A stretch of DNA of 64,000 nucleotides from Flavobacterium sp. (GTDB lineage Bacteria > Bacteroidota > Bacteroidia > Flavobacteriales > Flavobacteriaceae), in NCBI GenBank assembly GCA_036388535.1, contig DASVRQ010000051.1, forward strand, positions 784-64,783, given 5' to 3'. Below are positions 57,051 to 64,000 of this stretch, piece after piece. The position numbers and the translations under genes are program-made. A model generated the notes under the pieces. That model was given only the letters and a program-made list of their open reading frames with translations, was not told the DNA's origin and did no database searches. Position 1 is the first letter of the stretch; the number at the start of each line of letters is the position of its first letter.

Positions 57051-58448
57051 TTATTTTAATCCGTCGACAGTAATCTTTACGGTTCCATCAACGTTTATAA
57101 AAGCAATGACTGCCTGATTGGTTAACTGGATTTTGCCAAAGTTGATTTCGCCCATTTTTCCATTGACGAAAACTCCCGGAACAGGCGAGTAGTTCGTCAG
57201 GTAAGCCATCATGCTTTTCTTTCCTTCTTCAAGATTTGGCTGGATCGAATACCTGCAGTTTTCCTGTATTTTCTTTAATACGATTCCGCTTGCAAGCCAG
57301 TTGGCCGTCCGCATCAGTTTATCTTTCGTCTCCAAAGCATAATCCATTTGGTCAAAGAAAATCTCTTTCGTCGCGGCGTTGTATTGCGGGAAACCAGAAA
57401 GATATATCGTTCCGTTAATACTTCCTGTCATTTCTAGGGCAACAACCATCTTTCCTGCCTTATGCCAAAGATTCACGTTGTTTACTGTAACTTTCTTTCC
57501 GCCTGAACCAAATTCCTGTCCTGCAAAATTTTTTGTCATGATCCGCGAGGCATCAGCGTAGGTCGATACTGCAGCAATATTTGCTGTGATCTGGCTTGGC
57601 ATTTTTGCGACAGGCTTCAGAACGATCTTGTTCCGATCAAACTTCGCCGCAGGCTTTTGTCCGACGAAAGTTTCCATCGTACATTTCATTCCCATTTCCA
57701 TTGTAATGACATCTTTAGCAAGAACGGCATCAGTTGCATAGAGTTCAACAGGAACAATGCGTAACCATGTGTCATACGTTTCGTTCATCTGGAACGGAAC
57801 ACAGACTTTCTCAAGAGCATCAAGAACATTGGGTTTGAAGTCGGCCGATTTTGCAATTGCGGCATCAATGCTTTTCTCGATTTTTGATTTAAACAACGTG
57901 ATTGCCGGGTTTATTAGATAGGTAATCGGAACTTGTTTTCCAAGAACAGTTGTCGTCGGAGTCTCATTCCAATTGATCGATTTGAATTCCGTGTTGGTGT
58001 TCATTTTCCAATTTGACAACCCGACATCGCTTAGAAGCGTCACTTTACCGTTCAAGTTAAACTCGCGCGTGTTGTAAAGTGAAACTCCGAGTTTATCTGT
58101 TCCAACACGGTATTTTGCCCATACTTTGAGAGGAAGGACTGTCCGAATTTTGCCATTTTCGTTGTCGATTGAGATTGGCGCAAGTTTCCAAACCTTCATT
58201 TCGATATCATCATCGGCAATGTTGTTGTCTTCGTAAATAAGGCCGCTCAAAAGTTTGTTCGTTTGCGCCTCGATGTCATTGAGTTTAATCGAAACCGGAA
58301 TGTTGATAAACGATGCAGCAGTTTCATACAATAATGGAGAAGCATCGTCGGGCATGGGCTTCAACGACTCGATTTTATTGGTGGTCGAGCAGCCTGAAAC
58401 TGCAAAAGCGAATATAACAGCAACTGATAATCTGACGATTCCGGACAT
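57051..58448 (-). CDS. DUF4403-family lipoprotein
   Basis: VSGC lipobox; SFINIPVSI...LNKLLSGLIY pattern and beta-rich body; family recognised by eye only. Confidence 0.7.
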   Translation of the reverse strand: MSGIVRLSVAVIFAFAVSGCSTTNKIESLKPMPDDASPLLYETAASFINIPVSIKLNDIEAQTNKLLSGLIYEDNNIADDDIEMKVWKLAPISIDNENGKIRTVLPLKVWAKYRVGTDKLGVSLYNTREFNLNGKVTLLSDVGLSNWKMNTNTEFKSINWNETPTTTVLGKQVPITYLINPAITLFKSKIEKSIDAAIAKSADFKPNVLDALEKVCVPFQMNETYDTWLRIVPVELYATDAVLAKDVITMEMGMKCTMETFVGQKPAAKFDRNKIVLKPVAKMPSQITANIAAVSTYADASRIMTKNFAGQEFGSGGKKVTVNNVNLWHKAGKMVVALEMTGSINGTIYLSGFPQYNAATKEIFFDQMDYALETKDKLMRTANWLASGIVLKKIQENCRYSIQPNLEEGKKSMMAYLTNYSPVPGVFVNGKMGEINFGKIQLTNQAVIAFINVDGTVKITVDGLK

Positions 58449-58590
58449 CTTTTTCTTGTTTTCCGTAAAATTAGCAATTCAACTTTTAAATACATCTTTT
58501 GCTGTAACAAATTGTCTTTTGACAAGTCTTATGCTGTTGACCTTTCTCAAGTATTAACATTCCTTTAATAGGAGTTCATTTTCATATGAA

Positions 58591-58598
58591 TAATTTTG
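58591..58598 (+). promoter_or_regulatory. Bacteroidota -7 box of the ABC exporter operon
   Basis: TAATTTTG. Confidence 0.55.
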
Positions 58599-58615
58599 CC
58601 GCATAAAAGTTTGAC

Positions 58616-59317
58616 ATGATAGAAATCAGTGATTTACATAAATCTTACAAAACCGGAAAATCCGAACTTCATGTTCTAAAAGGAATCAATTTCAATGTAA
58701 AAGAAGGCGAACTTGTTGCGATCATGGGTTCGTCAGGATCGGGAAAATCGACACTTTTAAATATTCTAGGAATTTTGGACGAAGCTGATTCGGGAAGTTA
58801 CATTCTCGATGGAGTTCCTATCAAAAACTTAAATGAAACTATTGCTTCAAGATATCGAAATCAATTTCTTGGATTCGTTTTCCAGTCTTTTAATCTTATT
58901 AACTATAAATCGGCACTCGATAATGTTGCAATGCCGCTTTACTATCAAGGCATCAAGCGTAAAGAACGCAATGAGATCGCGATGAGTTACCTTGAAAAAG
59001 TTGGATTGGCATCACATTCACACCATTTACCCAATGAATTGTCTGGCGGGCAGAAACAACGAGTTGCAATTGCGCGTGCACTTGCTTCGCATCCGAAAGT
59101 CTTACTGGCCGATGAACCAACTGGCGCGTTGGATACTAAAACTTCTTATGAAGTAATGGAGTTGATACAAGGAATCAACGACGAAGGGAAGACAATTTTG
59201 ATAGTTACTCACGAGCCTGATATTGCCGCAATGTGCAAGAGAAACGTCGTACTTAAAGATGGTTTAATCATCGATGACATCAATGTCATCCAGCAAAGAG
59301 CATCTGCCTATGTTTAA
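58616..59317 (+). CDS. ABC transporter ATP-binding protein (MacB/LolD type)
   Basis: GSSGSGKS, LSGGQKQRVAIARAL, LLADEPTGALD, IVTHE. Confidence 0.97.
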   Translation: MIEISDLHKSYKTGKSELHVLKGINFNVKEGELVAIMGSSGSGKSTLLNILGILDEADSGSYILDGVPIKNLNETIASRYRNQFLGFVFQSFNLINYKSALDNVAMPLYYQGIKRKERNEIAMSYLEKVGLASHSHHLPNELSGGQKQRVAIARALASHPKVLLADEPTGALDTKTSYEVMELIQGINDEGKTILIVTHEPDIAAMCKRNVVLKDGLIIDDINVIQQRASAYV

Positions 59318-60554
59318 TATTGAACGGTGGCAGGAGATCTTTCAGGCGATAAGCCAGAATAAACTGCGGACGTTCCTCACTGGGATTTCGGTTGCATCCG
59401 GAATCTTCATACTTGTTATTTTGCTCGGCGCCGGAAAAGGCCTTCAAAACGGAATAGAGAAGCAATTCGAGCGTGATGCAGCCGGGATAATCGAGGTTTG
59501 GACAGGCGTCACTACCAAAGAATACAAAGGACTGAATCCTGGGCGGCAGATAAAATTCCACAATAGCGATTACAACATGTCGCTGCAAAAATTCGGTGAG
59601 CAGCTTGATAAGAAAGCTGCGACTGTGAATCATTGGGACGGGTCGGTCGTCTACGGAAAAGAAACAGGAAATTATCAATTTCGCGGCGTCTATCCCGACT
59701 ACCAATTTATTGAAAATGCCACAATAACCCAAGGTCGGTTCATAAATGCAAATGATCTTGCAAGTACTGAAAAAGTGGCTGTAATTGGTGAGAAGATCCG
59801 TCTGGATTTATTTAAAGGCGAGTCACCTCTTGGCGAACAGCTGACAGTTAAAGGGATTCCGTTTAAAATAGTCGGGGTTTTTACAGATCCGGCGGGCGAA
59901 CGCGAGGAAGCACGTATTTACATGCCTATTTCTACTGTGCAAAAAGTCTATGGCGGCGGCGACGAGATCTCGACGTTGTTCTATACAATGGACAAAACAG
60001 ATAATTATGATGAAGCTCTTGCACAATCATTAAAGTTTACTGATCAACTTGGGCTCATGTTGCGAAGCAAGAATTCTGTCGCGCCTGATGATGAAAGTGC
60101 AATCGGAATTCACAATTCAGTTGAAGATGCCAAACAATTCTATGATTTGAATCTATACATCCGATTGTTTTTCTGGTGGGTCGGAATCTGCACGATTATC
60201 GCCGGCGTTGTTGGTGTCAGTAATATTATGTTGATTATTGTAAAGGAACGCACAAAAGAGATCGGAATTCGAAAAGCTCTTGGCGCCTCGCCAGTGTCAA
60301 TTATAGGAATGATCCTCCATGAGTCAATTTTCATCACGACAATTGCAGGATTCATCGGACTCCTGATGAGTCTGTTGTTGCTCGAAATCGTCGGACCGAT
60401 GATCAACAGTGAGTATTTCCTAAATCCGCAGGTAGATTTCAACATAGCAATTACGACTTTACTGTTATTGATATTTGCAGGAGCGCTTGCCGGATTTTTT
60501 CCAGCTTATCGCGCGGCTAAAATTAAACCGATTGTAGCACTTAGGGACGAATAA
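59310..60554 (+). CDS. ABC transporter permease (MacB/FtsX type)
   Basis: NKLRTFLT, large periplasmic domain, VKERTKEIGIRKALGA, PAYRAAKIKP. Start moved to ATG 59310. Confidence 0.95.
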   Translation: MFNIERWQEIFQAISQNKLRTFLTGISVASGIFILVILLGAGKGLQNGIEKQFERDAAGIIEVWTGVTTKEYKGLNPGRQIKFHNSDYNMSLQKFGEQLDKKAATVNHWDGSVVYGKETGNYQFRGVYPDYQFIENATITQGRFINANDLASTEKVAVIGEKIRLDLFKGESPLGEQLTVKGIPFKIVGVFTDPAGEREEARIYMPISTVQKVYGGGDEISTLFYTMDKTDNYDEALAQSLKFTDQLGLMLRSKNSVAPDDESAIGIHNSVEDAKQFYDLNLYIRLFFWWVGICTIIAGVVGVSNIMLIIVKERTKEIGIRKALGASPVSIIGMILHESIFITTIAGFIGLLMSLLLLEIVGPMINSEYFLNPQVDFNIAITTLLLLIFAGALAGFFPAYRAAKIKPIVALRDE

Positions 60555-60555
60555 T

Positions 60556-61821
60556 ATGTTTGACAGAGACAAATGGAATGAGATTATTGAGGCGCTTACG
60601 GCCAATGTCTTTCGGACGGTCCTTACCGCGTTTGGCGTTTTCTGGGGGATTTTCATCCTTGTGATCCTGCTCGCTGCCGGCAATGGCCTTGAAAACGGCG
60701 TTAAAAAAGGATTTGCAGGAATTGCGACCAATACGATGTTTATGTGGACGCAAGGAACGTCGAAACCGTATAAAGGCCTTCCAATCGGTCGTGACTTTCA
60801 TTTTAAGAATGATGATGTTCCGGCTCTAAAACAAAATTTTCCTGATCTACTTTATGTTTCTCCACGCAATCAACTTGGCGGATATGAAGGCACGAACAAT
60901 GTAATCCGGGGCGATAAAACCGGGGCTTACACTGTCTACGGCGATTATCCTGAACTGATTTTGCAGGAATCGATGGATATTATCAAAGGGCGGTTTATCA
61001 ACCATGGAGATATATCAGGCAGGCGAAAAGTTGCAGTTGTTGGCCAAGGTGTGATCGATGAGATGTATCTTCGGACAGAAGAAGTTATCGGCAGTTATAT
61101 TAAGATCAACGGAATCAATTTCATGGTTGTGGGTGTTTATAAGAAGAAAGGGAATAATAACGGTAATGCCGAAGAAGCCCAGAAGAACATCTTCGTCCCA
61201 TTTACGACATTCCAGCAGGCTTTTAATTTCGGCGACACAGTTGGCTGGATGGCTCTGACTGCAAAAGAAGGCTCATCGATTACGGAACTCAAAACCCCTA
61301 TAGTTGATTTTTTAAAAACGCGGCATACAATTGCGCCTGATGACGAACGTGCTATCGGGAACTTCGATTTGTTTGAGGAATTCAGCAAGGTCAACGGACT
61401 CTTTTTAATCTTAAAATTTATTGCGTACTTCGTAGGAACTTTGGTGTTGCTTTCAGGCGTGATCGGGATTTCGAATATTATGCTGATCGTCGTCAAGGAA
61501 AGAACAAAAGAAATTGGTATCCGAAGGGCATTGGGAGCAACACCTCGTAACATCCGATCACAGATATTAACTGAGGCAATCTTCCTCACAATAGTTGCTG
61601 GTATGGCTGGAATTGCAGTTGCTACGGGATTGCTCGCAATCTTGAATTCGGTATTGGAATCTATGCCGGACGAAGATATGATGTTTGCAAATCCGAGTGT
61701 CGATCTTGCAGTGGTGTTTGTCGCACTTCTGATTCTTGTCGGTTCCGGATTACTTGCAGGTTTCATTCCTGCGCAAATGGCAATTAACGTCAAACCCGTT
61801 GATGCACTTAGAACTGAATAA
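60556..61821 (+). CDS. ABC transporter permease (MacB/FtsX type), second subunit
   Basis: VKERTKEIGIRRALGA, PVDALRTE. Confidence 0.95.
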   Translation: MFDRDKWNEIIEALTANVFRTVLTAFGVFWGIFILVILLAAGNGLENGVKKGFAGIATNTMFMWTQGTSKPYKGLPIGRDFHFKNDDVPALKQNFPDLLYVSPRNQLGGYEGTNNVIRGDKTGAYTVYGDYPELILQESMDIIKGRFINHGDISGRRKVAVVGQGVIDEMYLRTEEVIGSYIKINGINFMVVGVYKKKGNNNGNAEEAQKNIFVPFTTFQQAFNFGDTVGWMALTAKEGSSITELKTPIVDFLKTRHTIAPDDERAIGNFDLFEEFSKVNGLFLILKFIAYFVGTLVLLSGVIGISNIMLIVVKERTKEIGIRRALGATPRNIRSQILTEAIFLTIVAGMAGIAVATGLLAILNSVLESMPDEDMMFANPSVDLAVVFVALLILVGSGLLAGFIPAQMAINVKPVDALRTE

Positions 61822-61856
61822 TCAATCAAATCTATAATACGAACAATCAAATCACA

Positions 61857-62972
61857 ATGAAAAAAGGAATAACAATAATTGTCCTGATCATAATCGCTTT
61901 AGTCTTTTTCTCGGCGCTCTACTATCTGTATGCGAAAAATCAGGAACCGCCAGTAGTTTTCGAAACGGAGAAGCCGGAAATTAAGACAATTGTCAAAAAC
62001 ACAATTGCAACAGGTAACATTGTTCCTGATGAAGAGGTTCTGATCAAGCCGAACATCAGCGGAATTATAGAAGAAGTTTACATAGAAGCTGGCGGATTTG
62101 TCAAGGCGGGCGACATGATTGCCCGAATTCGGGTCGTTCCCAATATTTCCAATTTGAGCAATACGCAAAGCCAGGTAAATTCGGCGAAAATTAGTCTTGA
62201 CAATCAGGAGAAGATTTACAAACGCCAGAAGACTTTATTTGATAAAGGTGTAATCTCCGCCAATGACTTTGATGCCGCCGAAGCCGCCTATAAGCAGGCT
62301 AAGCAACAATATAATGCTTCGCGGCAGAATTATGATATCGTTAAAACGGGAACCGCCAGAGGCCTTGGCAACGTTGCCAACACAATGATCCGCTCCACAG
62401 TAACAGGAATGGTTTTGGATGTTCCGGTGAAAGTGGGTAACCAAGTCATAGAAAGCAACAATTTCAATGAAGGAACTACAATTGCGAGCTTGGCAGATGT
62501 TGGCCGGATGATTTTCATCGGAAAAGTCGATGAGTCGGAGGTTGGAAAGATCAAGGAAAACCTGCCGATCGAAATTACTGTTGGTGCTATCGAAAATAAA
62601 AAGTTCGACGCTGTATTGAATTATATCGCACCAAAAGGTAAGACTGAAAACGGTGCAATTCAGTTCGAAATCAAAGCCAGGCTTACCAACAGGGACGACA
62701 CGTTTATCAGAGCAGGATTAAGTGCGAATGCATCTATTATCCTTGACAAGGCCGATCAGGTGCTCGCGCTCAAAGAATCACTCATACAGTTTGACGAGAA
62801 AACACAAAAACCATTTGTCGAAGTTGAAACCGGGCCGCAAACATTCGAGAGGCGCGATGTTGTATTAGGCGTCAGCGACGGAATTTATGTTGAAGTCAAA
62901 AGTGGCGTAAAGGCTGCCGACAAGGTAAAAGTGTGGAATCAAGGGCTGGTGAAAGAAGAGCCTGCCAAATAA
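61857..62972 (+). CDS. Periplasmic adaptor / membrane fusion protein (MacA-like)
   Basis: N-terminal TM; ATGNIVP, ISGIIEEVYI, STVTGMV, VDESEV. Confidence 0.93.
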   Translation: MKKGITIIVLIIIALVFFSALYYLYAKNQEPPVVFETEKPEIKTIVKNTIATGNIVPDEEVLIKPNISGIIEEVYIEAGGFVKAGDMIARIRVVPNISNLSNTQSQVNSAKISLDNQEKIYKRQKTLFDKGVISANDFDAAEAAYKQAKQQYNASRQNYDIVKTGTARGLGNVANTMIRSTVTGMVLDVPVKVGNQVIESNNFNEGTTIASLADVGRMIFIGKVDESEVGKIKENLPIEITVGAIENKKFDAVLNYIAPKGKTENGAIQFEIKARLTNRDDTFIRAGLSANASIILDKADQVLALKESLIQFDEKTQKPFVEVETGPQTFERRDVVLGVSDGIYVEVKSGVKAADKVKVWNQGLVKEEPAK

Positions 62973-63014
62973 CAGTATTTCAGTAAAATCATCATCAATC
63001 ATAGTAAAAAAACA

Positions 63015-63022
63015 TAAATTTG
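63015..63022 (+). promoter_or_regulatory. Bacteroidota -7 box of the TolC gene
   Basis: TAAATTTG. Confidence 0.55.
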
Positions 63023-63057
63023 TACCGCTGAAAAAGCTGTGCTGTCATTCCAATCAT

Positions 63058-64000
63058 ATGAAAAAATATAGTTGTCTTGCAATCCTGTTCTGTTTGCTGT
63101 TGAGCATTTCCGCGCATTCGCAATCAAAACGTTGGACTTTGGAGGAAAGCGTTTCATACGCACTCGAGAATAATATTACAATTAAACAAACTGAACTTGA
63201 CTTACAGCTTTCGGACATCGGCAGAAAAGACGCGTTCGGAGGTTTTCTCCCAACGGTCAATGCAAGCGCATCCCATTCATGGAATGTCGGATTGAATCAA
63301 AACATCACAACCGGACTTTTAGAAAATCAAACTACGCAGTTTACATCAGCCGGTGTTAATATGGGTGTTCCCATTTATAATGGGCTTAGGCTTCAAAATC
63401 AACTACGCAGGGCAAAACTCGCAATCATCGGTTCTCAGTATCAGCTTTCGAAAATAAAAGATGATGTTGCGCTTAATGTGGCGAACGCATTTTTGGAAAT
63501 CCTCTTCAATAAGGAGAACCTGAAAGTACAACGGGAGCAATTGGCGAACAATCAACGCCAAATGACCCGTACGGATGAACTTGTAAACGCCGGGTCGATC
63601 CCGCGTGGTGATTTAATGGACATGCGGGCAACAGTTGCTACAAGTCAGCAAGCAGTTGTAAACGCAGAAAATTCCCTGCTGATTTCAAAATTGAGCCTTG
63701 CACAATTGTTACAACTTGAAGATTTTAAAGATTTTGATGTTGCTGAAGTTGACTATGAGCTGACAGAAAGTCCGACGATGTTGCAAACGCCTGAAACCAT
63801 TTTTGAAAAGGCAAAGGAAGAACGTATGGAAATCAAGATCGCACGTACAAATCTTGAACTTGCAGAGCGCGATGTGAAAATTGCACGTGGAGCACTTCAG
63901 CCAAACCTGGTTGGGTTTTATAGTTTCAGCACAAGAGCCGCATATTCTGACCGATTGGTGAACGTTATCCAAGATCCCGATAATCCTACCACTGTAATTG
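63058..64000 (+). CDS. TolC-family outer-membrane efflux protein (3' end outside the window)
   Basis: Not in the ORF track. Manual translation: MKKYSCLAILFCLLLSISAHSQSKRWTLEESVSYALENNITIKQ...FLPTVNASAS; follows the adaptor gene. Confidence 0.92.
   Translation, partial: MKKYSCLAILFCLLLSISAHSQSKRWTLEESVSYALENNITIKQTELDLQLSDIGRKDAFGGFLPTVNASASHSWNVGLNQNITTGLLENQTTQFTSAGVNMGVPIYNGLRLQNQLRRAKLAIIGSQYQLSKIKDDVALNVANAFLEILFNKENLKVQREQLANNQRQMTRTDELVNAGSIPRGDLMDMRATVATSQQAVVNAENSLLISKLSLAQLLQLEDFKDFDVAEVDYELTESPTMLQTPETIFEKAKEERMEIKIARTNLELAERDVKIARGALQPNLVGFYSFSTRAAYSDRLVNVIQDPDNPTTVI

Noticed and set aside
61137-61850. 237-aa antisense ORF opposite the second permease
   Set aside because: Fully shadowed by a conserved gene; typical reverse-frame product of hydrophobic codons.
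61819-61856. AATCAA-rich spacers after permease 2 and before the TolC gene
   Set aside because: Only two or three loose units in AT-rich DNA; too weak to call a repeat array.
58616-64000. MacAB-TolC-type exporter as a novel system
   Set aside because: Common architecture; no adjacent cargo, peptide or biosynthetic gene is visible in the window.

Overview
Chromosomal backbone of a Flavobacterium-like member of the Flavobacteriaceae (Bacteroidota). The assignment rests on TAnnTTTG -7 promoter boxes, sprA, remB, a T9SS C-terminal sorting domain and the ACIII-aa3 gene set. Left to right: a tandemly duplicated pair of Tat-exported ferritin-like genes (four genes, the last cut by the window edge); a LacI regulator, a secreted ankyrin protein and a T9SS DOMON-like protein; a serine hydrolase, a DUF1579 lipoprotein, polA, a metallophosphoesterase, a Cys-less thioredoxin, a polysaccharide deacetylase and a DUF2723 GT-C membrane protein; tRNA-Gln, uspA, rimP-nusA-infB and a SPOR protein; actABCDEF plus aa3 oxidase subunits II and I; two small GNATs, ruvB, queG, maeB, ruvA, sprA, gcvH, vanZ, deoC and remB; heme O synthase with the remaining oxidase subunits and assembly genes; a DUF4403 gene; and a MacAB-TolC-type exporter cut by the right edge. 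I found no integrase, transposase, prophage or CRISPR array. The best candidates for under-described biology are: (1) the duplicated lipoprotein/soluble diiron ferritin-like pairs, which share a non-housekeeping promoter-like motif and neighbour a secreted ankyrin and a putative heme-binding DOMON T9SS cargo; (2) three dispersed structured intergenic elements with compensatory base changes (probably Flavo-1-like); (3) the DUF2723 protein as a candidate O-glycosylation transferase; (4) Cys-less SCO and thioredoxin paralogues and a small CAMC protein; (5) short-period repeat arrays that start just after stop codons. All family assignments come from motif recognition by eye; no database search was run.
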